Part shown: piece by piece, positions 1 through 13,040 of the stretch
Layout: each line of letters starts with the position of its first letter
Numbering within the stretch: position 1 is the stretch's first letter
Assembly (NCBI RefSeq): GCF_036365525.1
Contig: NC_090415.1
Location: 12,090,001 to 12,154,000, forward strand
Length of the DNA stretch: 64,000 nucleotides
Direction of reading: 5' to 3'
Origin: Heterodontus francisci
Lineage: Eukaryota
Notes under the pieces: model-generated
What the model was told of the DNA's origin: nothing
What the model saw: the letters and a program-made list of their open reading frames with translations, nothing else
Databases searched by the model: none
Program-made: the position numbers and the translations under genes

Positions 1-672
1 ACATAAAAATTGGTCGTGTGATAGAAAACGAGGAGGATTGCTGTAGGCTGCAGGAAGATGTTGATGGTCTGGACATATGAGCAAAAAATGGCAAATGGAA
101 TTCAACCCGGATAAGTGTGAGGCGATGCATTTTGGGAGGTCAAACAAGGCAAAGGAATACACGATTAATGGGAATATACTGAGTTGTGTCGAGAATGTGA
201 GGGACCTTGGAGTAAATTTCCACTGACCCAGAAGGTCGCAGGACAGGTCGACAAGGTGGTTAAGAAGGCATATGGAATCCTTCCCTTTACTAGCCGAGGT
301 ATAGAATATAATAGCAGGAAGGTTATCCTGGAAATATATCAACCATTGGTTAGGCTACAAATTGAGTACTGTGTGCAGTTCTCGTCACCTCATTACAGAA
401 GTGATGTAATTGCATTACAGAGGGTCCAGAGGAGATTTACGAGGACATTTTCGGGACCTAAAAATGCAGCTATGAGGAAAGATTTAGTGGGTTGGGATGT
501 TCTCCTTGGAACAGAGAAGGGTACATCTGATTGAAATGTATCACATTTTGAGAGGCCTGGATAGAGTGGAGATCAATGGCCCATTTACCTTCATAGAGAG
601 TGACTCGGGGGCAAAGACTTAAAGTGCTTGGTAGAAAGATTAGAGGGGAAATAAGGGAAAGTTTTCCTCACC
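1..672 (+). mobile_element. CR1-clade LINE, degraded 3' ORF2 fragment
   Basis: ORF 184..534 VVKKAYGIL...LEYCVQF-like...RVQRRFTR matches the C-terminus of the CR1 ORF2 at 5201..7339; appears to resume at ~3381 after nested insertions. Confidence 0.85.
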
Positions 673-679
673 TAGCAAT

Positions 680-1265
680 GCAAAACTGGGCATCCATGAG
701 GGTCTGTGGGCCATTCGGATGAATGTATACAGTACTGGTCTCCTTATTTAAGGAAGGGTGTAAATGCGTTGGAGGCAGTACAGAGAAGGTTTACTAGGCT
801 AATGCCTCGAATGGACGGGCTGTCTTAAGAGGAAATATTGGACAAGCAAAGCTTGTATCCGCTGGAACTTAGAAGAGTAAGATGTGACTTGATTGAAACA
901 TATAATATCCTGAGGGGTCTTGACAGGGTGGATGTGGAAAGGATGTTTCCCCTTGTGGGAGAATCTATAACAAGGGGTCACTGTTTAAAAATAAGAGGTT
1001 GCACATTTAAGTCAGAGATGAGGAGAATTTTTTTTTTCAGAGGGTCGTGAGACTTGGGAATTCTCTTCCTCAGAAGGTGAAGGAAGCAGAGACTTTGAAT
1101 ATTTTTCAGGTCCAGGTAAATAGATTCTTGACAAGAAAGGGAGTGTAGAAAACCGGGTCGTGCTGGAAATGTGGAGTAATCAGTTCAGAAATAAACTTAT
1201 TGAATGGCAGAGCAAGCTCGAAGGGCTGAGTGGCCTACTCCTGCTCCTAATTTGTATGTTCGTAT
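680..1265 (+). mobile_element. CR1 LINE 3' fragment with 3' UTR
   Basis: ORF 838..1050 DLIETYNILRGLDRVD..MFP; 3' UTR gggctgagtggcctactcctgctcc. Confidence 0.85.
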
Positions 1266-1269
1266 AAGA

Positions 1270-3373
1270 TGAGCGAGGTACCAACAGCAGCAGAATTGTA
1301 CTCAACCCCAACCTTTAAGCTCATGGCCTGGCATATCCCTCACTCTACAATTAACATCAAACCAGGAGACCAAACGTGATTCAATGAAGATTGCAGCAGG
1401 GCATGCCAGGAGCAGCACCAGGCATACCTCAAAACGAGGTCTCAACCTGGTGAAGCTACAACACAGGATTACTTACATGTCAAACTGCGTATGTAGCATC
1501 CGATAGACAGAGCCAAGCGATTTCATAACCAATGGATCAGATCTAAGTGCTGCAGTCCTGTCACATCCAACCGTGAATGGTTGTAGACAACTAATCAACT
1601 AACTGGAGGAGGTTGCTCCACAAATATCCCCATCTTCAATGATGAGGGAGCCCAGCACATCAGTGCAAAAGATAAGGTTGAAGTTTTTACAACAATCTTC
1701 GCTAGAAGTGCCGAGTTGATGATTCATCTCAGACTATTCCTGGAGGGCCCAGCATCACAGATGCCAGACTTCAGCCAATTCGAATCACTCCATGTGACAT
1801 CAAGTAACGACTAAAGGTGTTGGATACTGCCAAGGCTCTGGGTTCTGACAATGTTATCCAATAGGACTGAAGACCTGTGCTCCAGAACTTGCTGCGCCCA
1901 TAGCCAATCTGTTCCAGTACAGCTACAACACTGGCATGTACCTAGCAATGTGGAATATTCCCCAGGTATGTCTTGGACACCAAAAGCAGGACAAGTCCAA
2001 GCTGGCTAATTAGACCCCATCAGTCTACTCTCAATCATCAATAAAGTGATGGAAGGTGTCATCAACAGTGCCATCAAACGGCAGTTGCTCAGTAATAACC
2101 TGGTCAGTGACGCTCAGTTTGTGTTCCGCCAGTGCCACTCAGCTCCTGACCACATTACAGCCTTGGTTCAAACATGGGCAAAAGAGCTGAACTCAAGAGT
2201 GAGAAGAAAGTGACTGCCCTTGACATCAAGGCAGCATTTGACCAAGTATGGCATCAAGGAACCCGAGCAAAACTGAGGTCAATGGGAATCAGTGGGAAAA
2301 CTCTCTGCTGGTTGGAGTCATACCTAGTGCAAAGGAAGATGGTTGTGGTTGTTCGAAGTCAATCATCTGAACTCCAGGACATCACTGCAGGAGTTCGTCA
2401 GTGTAGTGTCCGAGGCCTAATCATCTTCAGCTGCTTCATCAATGACTTTCCTTCAATCATAAGGTCAGAAGTGGGATGTTCACTGATGATTGCACAATGT
2501 TCAGCACGATTCGTGACTCCTCAGCTACTGATGCAGTCTGTGTAGAAATGCAGCAAGACTTGGACAATATCCAGGCTTGTGCTGATAAGGGGCAAGTAAC
2601 ATTCACGCCACACAAGTGCCAGGCAACTACCATCTCCAACAAGAGGGAATCTAACCATCTCCCCTTAACATCCAATGGCAATTAGCATCGCTGAATCCCC
2701 CACTATCAATATCCTAGGGTCTACCATTGACCAGAAACTGAACTGGAGTAGCCATATAAATACCGTGGCTACCAGAGCAGATCAGAGGATAGGAATCCTG
2801 CGACGAGCAAATAACCTGCTGACTCCCCAAAGCTTGTCCACCATTTACAAGGCGGGAGTCAGGAGTGTGATGGAATACTCTCCACTTGCCTGGATGCGTT
2901 CAGATCCAACAACACTCAAGAAGCTCGACACCATCCTGGACAAAGCAGCCCACTTGATTGCCACCCCATGTACAAACATTCACTCCCTCCACCACCGACA
3001 CACAGTAGCAGCAATGCGTACCATCCACATGATGTACTGCAGCAACACACCAAGGCTTTTTAGACAGCACCTTGAAAACCCGCGAACACTACCAACTAGA
3101 AGCACAAGGGTAGTAGATGCATGGGACCACCATCACCTGCCAGTTCCCCTCCAAATCACACATCATCCTGACTTCGAACTATATTGCCATTCCTTCACTG
3201 TCGCTATGTCAAAATCCTGGAACTCCCTTCCTAACAACACTATGATTGTACCTACCTCACATGGAGTGTGGCAGTTCAAGAAGCCATCTCACTACAACCT
3301 CCTCAAGGGCAGTTATGGATGGGCAATAAATGCTGGCCAAGCCAGCAACACCCACATCATATGAATGAATAAA
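1270..3373 (+). mobile_element. Degraded non-LTR retrotransposon of a second CR1/L2-group family
   Basis: Frameshifted RT pieces ALDIKAAFDQVWH, FTDD, IYKAGVRSVMEYSPLAW (ORFs 2174..3364); ends in an atgaatgaataaa tail. Confidence 0.85.
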
Positions 3374-3380
3374 TCAAACA

Positions 3381-3610
3381 GGGTGGTGGTGGTCTGGAAC
3401 TCACTGCCTGAAAGGGTAGTTGAAGTATAAACCTTCAAATCATTCAAATGAAGTCTGGATATGCATCTCAAGTGCCGTAATCTGCCGGGTTACGGACCAA
3501 ATGCTGGCAGGTGGGATTAGAATAGGTGGACATTTTTTCGGCTGGCACAGATACGATGGGTCAAGTGGTTCCTTTCTGTGCCATAAACGTTCAATGTTTC
3601 TATGATTCTG
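3381..3610 (+). mobile_element. CR1 3' end (continuation of 1..672)
   Basis: gtctggaactcactgcctgaaagggtag (VWNSLP) and tail tttctatgattct; homologous to 10273..10480. Confidence 0.75.
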
Positions 3611-3699
3611 AGTGAATGTATATCTCTCCTTCTCACCATCACCCAAGCCTCTCGCCCACTCCAGATCTTTCTCTCTCTGCCTTTTTTTCGCTATTGATA

Positions 3700-4188
3700 C
3701 TGTCTCTCTCTCTCTGCCTTTGGTGCTGTATCTATGTTGGCGATACAGTTACTGAGTGTTATGTGTATGCATTCTATTGTAGTACTGATAGTCTCTCTCT
3801 CTCTCTCTCTCTCTCTCTGATGATACAGGTGAAGGTGAAATACTGTTGTTTAGTGTGATATGGACACACAGTTGGAAATTATAAAAATAAAAGCAAAATA
3901 CTGCGGATGCTGGAAATCTGAAATAAAAACAAGAAATGCTGAAAATACTCAGCATGTCTGGTAGCATCTGTGGAGAGAGAAGCAGAGTTAACGTTTCGTG
4001 TTAGTGACCTTTCTTCGAACCCCTTCACCCCTATGTCACCTTCACCTGTATCATCAGAGAGAGACACACAGACAGACAGACATCGAGCGAGTGAGAGACT
4101 ATCAGTACTACAATAGAATGCATACATAAAACACTCACTAACTGTATCGCGAACATAGATACAGCACCAAAGGCAGAGGGAGAGACAC
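3700..4188. repeat. Local inverted duplication (3700-3838 vs 4036-4188)
   Basis: ctctgcctttggtgctgtatctatgt...gatgatacaggtgaaggtga reappears reverse-complemented; ORFs 3616+ and 3879- share SLCLWCCIYV..YAFYCSTDSLSL. Confidence 0.9.
3887..4020 (-). mobile_element. Penelope-type terminal repeat (pLTR) relic
   Basis: aaagcaaaatactgcggatgctggaaatctg...gcagagttaacgtttc; same family at 4191, 19825, 34150, 54956; family assignment is inference. Confidence 0.6.
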
Positions 4189-4190
4189 AA

Positions 4191-4258
4191 TTCCGAAGAA
4201 AGAGTCACTGACCCGAAACGTTAACTCTGCTTCTCTCTCCACAGATGCTGCCAGACCT
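4191..4258 (+). mobile_element. Penelope-type pLTR relic with hammerhead-like core
   Basis: ccgaaga-aagagtcactgaccc-gaaacgtta followed by actctgcttctctctccacagatgctgcc; inverted relative to 3887..4020. Confidence 0.6.
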
Positions 4259-5126
4259 TTTGGAAATGTAAGACTGATACACTCTCTCTCTCCCTCTCTC
4301 ACCCCTCTCTCTCTTTCACTCTCCCTCTCTCTGTCCCTCTGTTGCTGTATTTTAAAGGGTAATGGTGTTATTGAGTGTGTTATGGACACGCTGAACAGAC
4401 GTGCAGCACTGCAACAGTGAACTCTCCTCCGGTGCCGCGGGTGAGACGGTCACTTCTCCGCTCGGTACGTTCTAATCTGACGGGGCATTTATCTGTCTTC
4501 AGTCCTGCATCGAAGGACGGAGAGAACCAGCCTGTCACTGCCTGGAACAAAAAAAAAACACAGCGTCTGAATGTGGGATTATTCTGTAACTGGACATCTC
4601 TCCTTGTTGACAATGGGATGTCTGGGACACCTGGAAAAATATGGATAGACTATAGGAAGAGACAGTCGATAATTTGTATTTTCACAGTCAGGAAACATGT
4701 TTCTGTGTGCGATCAATAACATCAAACCGGACAGTAGTTTGAACACATTCAAAGCTGTGATTTGCTCTTGCCGTCGAACCTAATAAACAGACAACATTCG
4801 CAGCGCCAGTCTCAGAGTGTTTAACACTTACTGAGTCTAGAAAATACAAATACCCACCGTGAATCCGCAGCACAGGCCGAGCGGAGGGGAAATCCTGTCC
4901 TGGGAACGCTAAATTGAGCGAACAGTTCGGCCTGAGATTGTGTGGATGTGAATATTGTGGAAGAGAGTGTATTAAAGGGGCGGGCGCGTTAGTCTAATGC
5001 CACTGTGTTTGTGGGTCTGGTCTCATCGTCGGATTTCCGAGTCCCTTTTGTGTAAAATAACAAGATTTTCCAGTCAAAGAAGCACTTTGCTCCCCTTCTA
5101 ATCCTCAAAGTGGGAATTCAGTGTTG

Positions 5127-7320
5127 TTTTTTTTTTAGAATTAGAATATTACAGCGCAGTACAGGCCCTTCGGCCCTCGATGTTGCGCCGATCATCTGAC
5201 CTACACTATTCCATTTACATCCATATGTCTATCCAATGACCACTTAAATGCCCTTAAAGTTGGCGAGTCTACTACTGTTGCAGGCAGGGCGTTCCACGCC
5301 CCTACTACTCTCTGCGTAAAGAAACTACCTCTGACATCTGTCCTATATCTTTCACCCCTCAACTTAAAGCTATGTCCCCTCCTGTTTGCCATCCTCATCC
5401 GAGGAAAAAGACTCTCACTCTCCACCCTATCTAACCCTCTGATTATCTTGTATGTCTCTATTAAGTCACCTCTCCTCCTCCTTCTCTCTAACGAAAACAA
5501 CCCCAAGTCCCTCAGCCTTTCCTCGTAAGACCTTCCTTCCATACCAGGCAACATCCTAGTAAATCTCCTCTGCACCCTTTCCAAAGCTTCGACATCCTTC
5601 CTATAATGCGGTGACCAGAACTGCACGCAATACTCCAGGTGCGGCCTCACCAGAGTTTTGTACAGCTGCATCATGACCCCGTGGCTCTGAAACTCGATCC
5701 CCCTACTAATAAAGGCTAACACACCATATGCCTTCTTAACAGCCCTATTAACCTGGGTAGCAACTTTCAGGGATTTATGTACCTGGATACCAAGATCTCT
5801 CTGCTCATCTACACTACCAAGAATCTTCCCATTAGCCCAGTACTCTGCATTGCTGTTACTCCTTCCAAAGTGAATCACCTCACACTTCTCCGCATTAAAC
5901 TCCATTTGCCATCTCTCAGCCCAGCTCTGCAGCCTATCTATGTCCCTCTGTACCCTACAACACCCTTCGACACTATCCACAACTCCACCGACCTTCGTGT
6001 CATCCGCAAATTTACTAACCCACCCTTCTACACCCTCATCCAGGTCGTTTATAAAAATGACAAACAGCAGTGGCCCCAAAACAGAACCTTGCGGTACACC
6101 ACTAGTAACTAAACTCCAGGATGAACATTTGCCATCAACCACCACCCTCTGTCTTCTTTCAGCTAGCCAATTTCTGATCCAAAGCTCTAAATCACCTTCA
6201 ACCCCATACTTGCGTATTTTCTGCAATAGCCTACCGTGGGGAACCTTATCAAATGCCTTACTGAAATCCATATACACCACATCCACGGCTTTACCCTCAT
6301 CCACCTGTTTGGTCACCTTCTCGAAAAACTCAATAAGGTTTGTGAGGCACGACCTACCTTTCACAAAACCGTGCTGACTATCGCAAATGAACTTATTCTT
6401 TTCAAGATGATTATAAATCCTGTCTCTTATAACCTTTTCCAACATTTTACCCACAACCGAAGTAAGGCTCACAGGTCTATAATTACCAGGGCTGTCTCTA
6501 CTCCCCTTCTTGAACAAGGGGACAACATTTGCTATCCTCCAGTCCTCCGGCACTACTCCTGTCGACAATGACGACTTAAAGATCAACAACAACGGCTCTG
6601 CAATCTCCTCCCTGGCTTCCCAGAGAATCCTAGGATAAATCCCATCTGGCCCAGGGGACTTATCTATTTTCACTCTTTCCAAAATTGCTAACACCTCCTC
6701 CTTGTGAATCTCAATCCCATCTAGCGTAGTAGGCTGTATCTCAGTAATCTCCTCGGCAACATTTTCTTTCTCTACTGTAAATACTGACGAAAAATATTCA
6801 TTTAACGCTTCCCCTATCTCCTCTGATTCCGCACACAACTTCCCACTACTATCCTTGATTGGCCCTGTTCTAACTCTTATCATTCGTTTATTCCTGATAT
6901 ACCTATAGAAAGCCTTAGGGTTTTCTTTGATCCTATCCGCCAATGACTTCTCGTGTCCTCTCCTTGCTCTTCTTAGCCCTCCCTTTAGATCCTTCCTGGC
7001 TAGCTTGTCACTCTCAAGCGCCCTAACTGAGCCTTCACGTCTCATCCTAACATAAGCCGCCCTCTTCCTCTTGACAAGCGCTTCAACTTCTTGAGTAAAC
7101 CATGGCTCCCTTGCTCGACAACTTCCTCCCTGCCTGACAGGTACATACTTATCAAGGACACGCATTAGCTGCTCCTTGAATAAGCTCCACATTTCGTTTG
7201 TGCCCATCCCCTGCAGTTTCCTTCTCCATCCTACACATCCTAAATCTTGCCTAATCGCGTCATAATTTCCTTTCCCCCAGCTATAATTCTTGCCCTGCGG
7301 TATATACCTGTCCCTGCCCT
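5127..7320 (-). mobile_element. Young 5'-truncated CR1 (HER1-like) LINE with uninterrupted RT ORF and no endonuclease
   Basis: ORF 5201..7339: PGPDG, NYRPVSLT, QHGF, YMDFSKAFDKV, GVPQGSVLGP, FADD; 3' UTR ggccgaagggcc hairpin and ttctaa tail. Confidence 0.96.
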
Positions 7321-7550
7321 GTTTGTTTGTCGATTTCAAGATTTTAATCGAAAAGTATGGAACATGTCAGCGATCGGCTGAGAGAGTCATCAGTGCAGCA
7401 ATGAAACGGGTTTCAGTCGAAAATGGAGTCTTTACTTCAAGTGAAACCTTTGTGACAGCAAACATTCTGATGTCAGAGACAGGAAGGATCTCGCCTGGGA
7501 CTCTGGAATACCCGAATTTCAGTGGAATTGGAGAGTTTAGGACCAGAGAG

Positions 7551-7624
7551 AAACACAGAGAGGCAGCAGGAGCCGGGAGCTGACAGCAGGTTGTCTCCGC
7601 CCCGTCCGCTCGCTGCCTTTAAAT
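7551..7624 (+). promoter_or_regulatory. H1 promoter: AC box, GC box, TATA-like element
   Basis: AAACACA 7551-7557 (H1-specific AC box), CTCCGCCCC 7595-7603, TTTAAAT 7618-7624. Confidence 0.7.
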
Positions 7625-7701
7625 TGCTCAGTGCCGCCACCACCAGCTTCATTTCTGACCCAGTTCTGACTGACAGAGAGACTTTGTGCAGAGTCCTGGA
7701 C

Positions 7702-8385
7702 ATGACCGATACTGCAGCCGCCGAAACGGCTCCTGCAGCCGCCGCCGCTACAGTCAAGACTCCGAAGAAGAAGAAGGCGGCTCCCCGGAAGGGGTCAGGC
7801 GGTCCCAAGTTGGGCGAGCTGATCCTCAAGACTGTGGCGGAATGCAGTGTCCGCAGTGGGATGTCACTGCAGGCAATAAAGAAGGCTCTGCTTGTTAAAG
7901 GTGTCGATGTGGAGAAGGGCAAGTTCCAAATCAAGCAAAATATCAAGCGGCTTGTGTCGAACGGCTTCCTGGTGCAGACGAAGGGCACGGGGGCCTCCGG
8001 CAGCTTCAAAATCGCGAAACAGGAAAAGAAGGGAAATGTGGTGAAGAAGATTCAGACAGGAGCAGCCAAGAGATCTTTAGTGAAGAAAACAGCTGCCAAG
8101 AAACTGATCACAAAGAAAACAGCCAAGAAATCCCCAGGGAAGAAAATAGTCACCAAGAAAGTGAGCAGCAAGAAGACGGCAGCCAAGAAAGTGAGCACCA
8201 AGAAGACGGCAACGCCAAAGAAGGCGGTAAAAAAAGCAACGCTTCCAAAAAAATCTCCAGCGAAGAATGCTAATAAAACCAAGAGGGCCACGGGCGGAAA
8301 GCCGCCCAAGAAAGTCCAATCATCAAGGGGCGGGAAGAAGCCGAAAGCAGTAAAGGCTCAGAAAGCAGCCCCTGGAAAGAAGTGA
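7702..8385 (+). CDS. H1: Histone H1, replication-dependent, 227 aa
   Basis: MTDTAAAETAP..., globular domain ending LVQTKGTGASGSFK, K/A/P-rich tail with SP/TP motifs; ATG at 7702 lies downstream of the TATA-like element. Confidence 0.96.
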   Translation: MTDTAAAETAPAAAAATVKTPKKKKAAPRKGSGGPKLGELILKTVAECSVRSGMSLQAIKKALLVKGVDVEKGKFQIKQNIKRLVSNGFLVQTKGTGASGSFKIAKQEKKGNVVKKIQTGAAKRSLVKKTAAKKLITKKTAKKSPGKKIVTKKVSSKKTAAKKVSTKKTATPKKAVKKATLPKKSPAKNANKTKRATGGKPPKKVQSSRGGKKPKAVKAQKAAPGKK

Positions 8386-8421
8386 AACAGCACGGGAAAC
8401 TTGTAGACATCTGAACCCAAA

Positions 8422-8462
8422 GGCTCTTTTCAGAGCCACCCACGTCTCTCAGGAAAGAGCTG
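8422..8462 (+). terminator. Histone 3' stem-loop plus histone downstream element (H1)
   Basis: GGCTCTTTTCAGAGCC 8422-8437, ACCCA, AGGAAAGAGCTG 8451-8462. Confidence 0.95.
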
Positions 8463-9140
8463 ATCCCCGATCAAATGAGCCTGTCCCGCAGTCGTGCGTA
8501 CATTTCACCTAGAAATGATTTGAATTAAATCCAAGTTCCCTGGTGACTCTCAACCCAGCCATTCCTCACTCTCTGCAACAAATCAGGGATGTCCGGGCCT
8601 CACTGTACCCGGGTATATGTTCGGTGAAGTCTCAGTTCATGCTCGTTTCAGGGCGACAGCCTGAAACACAGTAACACGGGCGAGATACCCCGCGTCACAT
8701 CTCAAACTCCAATACGTGATTTTCTATAATTCAGCTGGGGTTCGGTTTCAGTAAACTGCTCAATCCGTCTGGGAGGAGAGGTGTGCCGAAACAGGTTGAC
8801 TTGTGATCGGAAGCACTGCACTTAGGCGGGTGTATTACGAACTTTTAATTGTAACAGATCCTTATTTAAAGCGCTAATTTCTGTTATCTGTGACTATCAA
8901 TGCCGAATCTCCATGTTTTATGCTGAGCTCCAATGTCGAGAACTGTTTTTTTTTGAATTGGCGGTTCGAGCAAGTGGGAGGCGGAGCGAGAGGATCAAAG
9001 ACATTTCTCTGCTCTGTCTGTCACTCAGTTTCCTCCAGACCCGCCTCTGGCTCTCTGACTCTTTCTCAGTCAGGTCGGGGCAGGCTGCATAAAAAGGCAG
9101 CAGAAGCTGCTCGTTTCTCATTCAGAATTGGTTTGTCTGA

Positions 9141-9461
<321 letters not shown>

Positions 9462-9491
9462 ACAAATCGACCTTGTCCACCAAAAACAAAA

Positions 9492-9507
9492 GGCTCTTTT
9501 AAGAGCC
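9492..9507 (+). terminator. Histone stem-loop (H4)
   Basis: GGCTCTTTTAAGAGCC followed by ACCCA. Confidence 0.95.
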
Positions 9508-9677
9508 ACCCACAACCTCATATAGAGATAAGTGACCTTGAAATTGCAGCGGGTATGTCTTGGGATGTGAAATTGTTGTCGCTCATCCAATGTTATGTGG
9601 ACTTTATCAGATCAGTTTTGCATTCTCTTATAGTCACTTTACGTCTCGCACATTTTTTCACTGTCTTCTTCTGTTCC

Positions 9678-10014
9678 ATGTTTAATAACCGCGTCATGAA
9701 TTAAAAGATTACATTTGATAATGTCCATTGCCGACCTGAACTGCCGGTAAAGATGTCGAAAAGGATTTACTGCCGTTAGAGTAAGAAATGGCCGGAGCTT
9801 TATTCCCGCCAGAGACCGAACAGGCAATGAATCCCTATTCAAACCGTGTTGGAAGACACAGAGGGGGATCTAGGGCGGAAAAAAATGACGCTAAAAGCAC
9901 TGAGATTTTATAATCGTTCCCGCCAAATTAGGTTTTCTTTCATCTTTGCGTCGTTTACTAATTTGAAAATGGCGGGCTTTTTGAAATTGATTCAATTTCA
10001 GTTGCATTTCAACC
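9678..10014 (+). repeat. Gene-less diverged duplicate of the H3 upstream region
   Basis: Aligns to 10997..11326 (cgcgtcatgaattaa...gttgca-ttcaacc); cut off by CR1 sequence just before the first CCAAT. Confidence 0.85.
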
Positions 10015-10996
10015 GGATGTTGCCGGGACTGGAAAAAATGCAGCTCTGAGGAAAGATTGAATGGTCCGTGGTTGTTCTCTGTGGCACAGAGAATGCTGAG
10101 GAGAGATCTGATTGAATTGGATAACATTTTGAGAGGCCTGGATAGAGTGTAGGTGAAGGGCCAATTTACCTTCATACAGAGGTCACTGACTAGGGATCAA
10201 AGACTTAAAGCGTTTGGTAGAATTATTAGAGGGAAGATGAGGACAAGGTTTTTTTTCCCTCTCATCTAGAGGATGGTGGGGGTCTGGAACTCAATGCCTG
10301 AAAGGGTAGTTGAGGCAGAAATCTTCAAATCATTCAAAAGAAGTCTGGATATGCACCTCAAGTGCATATTCTACAGGGTTACAGACCAAATGCTGGCAGG
10401 TGGGATTAGAATGGGTGGAGAGCTTTCCGGCTGGCACAGACACGATGGTCCAAGTGGCTTCTTTCTGTGCCATAAACTTTCAATTATTTTCAGAAAAGAG
10501 AAGGCTGAGGGGGGACATGATTGAGGTATCCAAAATTATGAAGGTCATTGATAGGTTAGACAGGAGGAAACTTTTTGTTTTCCCTCAGCGAACGGATCGA
10601 TCAGTCGGTCAGGGGCAGGAGGTTTAATGGAGATGTGAGGGGGGAAAAAACACTCATCATGTGGTTGGAATCTGGAACACACTGCCTGAATAGGTGGCAG
10701 AGGCAGGAACCCTCACAACATTTAAGAGGTATTTAGATGAGCACTTGAAACGCCATAGCATACAAGAATACGGGTCAAGTGCTGGAAAATGGGATTAGAA
10801 TAGTTAGATGCTTGAAGAAATACTTGCAGGTTTATAGGTAAATTGCCCCTAGTGTAGGTAAATGGGAGGAGAATGGTGGGGATGCCGGAGGGAATATGGG
10901 ATTAATGTCGGATTAGTATAAATGGGTGGTTGTTGGTCGGCACAGACTCGGTGGGCCGAAGGGCCTGTTTCTGTGCTGCTTAAATCCATGACTCTA
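10015..10996 (+). mobile_element. Two CR1 3' fragments plus the 3' half of an HE1-type SINE
   Basis: RMLPGLE, VGVWNSMP, RLRGDMIEV; SINE tail gtcggcacagactcggtgggccgaagggcctgttt ~10828-10996. Confidence 0.8.
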
Positions 10997-11221
10997 TGTT
11001 TAGTTATCGCGTCATGAATTAAACGGTTGCATTTGATAAAGTCCATTGACGACCTGAACTGCCGGTGAAGATGGTCGATTTATTCCCGTTAGAGTAAGCA
11101 ATGACCGGACCTTTATTCCCGCCTGAGACCGAACAAGGAATGAACCCCAATTCAAACCGTATTGGAAGAAACGGAGGTGGAATCGAGGGCCGAAAGATGA
11201 AGCTCCAAGCAATGAGATTTT

Positions 11222-11435
11222 ATAATTGTTCCCGCCGAATTAGGTTTTATTTAATCTTTGAGTAGTTTGCTAATTTGAAATTGGCGGGCTTTTTGAATTT
11301 GATGAAATTTCAGTTGCAGTTCAACCAATCAGGGAGCAGCAATTCCCACCGCCCTTATCAATCGTTTCAAATTGGATGATGGACGGGGCTTCATCCAATC
11401 ACAACATTAGGGCGGTCCTTCGACTGTCTTAAATA
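11222..11435 (+). promoter_or_regulatory. H3 promoter: E2F/CDE-CHR-like module, CCAAT boxes, TATA-like element
   Basis: TTCCCGCC, TGGCGG-GCTT-TTTGAA 11282-11297, CCAAT at ~11325 and ~11395, CTTAAATA ~11428. Confidence 0.7.
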
Positions 11436-11490
11436 GGCAGTTCCTGAGCAGCTTCAGCATTAAACGCGACATTGTGCAAGGTCTCCGTAG

Positions 11491-11904
<414 letters not shown>

Positions 11905-11947
11905 ACTGACCCTGCCCGGAACTGAGTTCGGCATCAAATACCACAAC

Positions 11948-11988
11948 GGCTCTTTTAAGAGCCACCAAATCGACAAAAGAAAGAGTTG
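11948..11988 (+). terminator. Histone stem-loop plus HDE (H3)
   Basis: GGCTCTTTTAAGAGCC 11948-11963; AAAGAAAGAGTTG downstream. Confidence 0.95.
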
Positions 11989-12379
11989 TGATCTCTTGTT
12001 CATTCCAGCACATAAACGTCTCAAGGTTTTGACCACTTATTTACTCAAAGCCGGGAAACACAAATACTTTTGTCTGCATCCGGCAGCTGGAGATTTCATG
12101 ACGTGTCAGTTGTAAGATCGAGAGTAGCGATACCAATGTGCACAGCGCATTTTAATAGACCGGCGATCGTTTTAGGACTGAACAAATGTTTGTGGTACAT
12201 AAAGGGTAGAATGGTAAAAGTGCCTTTCCAATAGGGTCTGAGGGAATTAGAATGTATTTCATCTGATGAGCAACTAAATGCCAAAATCCAGTACACTTCA
12301 TTCCAACACAAAACAATGATAACAGTATAATATTACAGTCTTTCAGACAGTAACCAGCCCTTTCACAGATAAAGTGGGT

Positions 12380-12395
12380 GGCTCTGAAAAGAGCC
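12380..12395 (-). terminator. Histone stem-loop (H2A copy 1)
   Basis: GGCTCTTTTCAGAGCC on the minus strand. Confidence 0.95.
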
Positions 12396-12425
12396 TTTGG
12401 GTTCACAGATTCAAGTCCGGCCGCT

Positions 12426-13040
<615 letters not shown>

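Noticed and set aside
4375-4873. Short ORFs and an AGTGTT-T-AACACT palindrome upstream of the CR1/H1
   Set aside because: No recognisable homology; recurrence at 21331 is only due to the recent duplication
7522-7701. N-terminal extensions of H1 (also H2A to 12941, H2B to 14247)
   Set aside because: They rely on non-ATG starts in promoter or 5' UTR DNA; the homologous ATGs lie downstream
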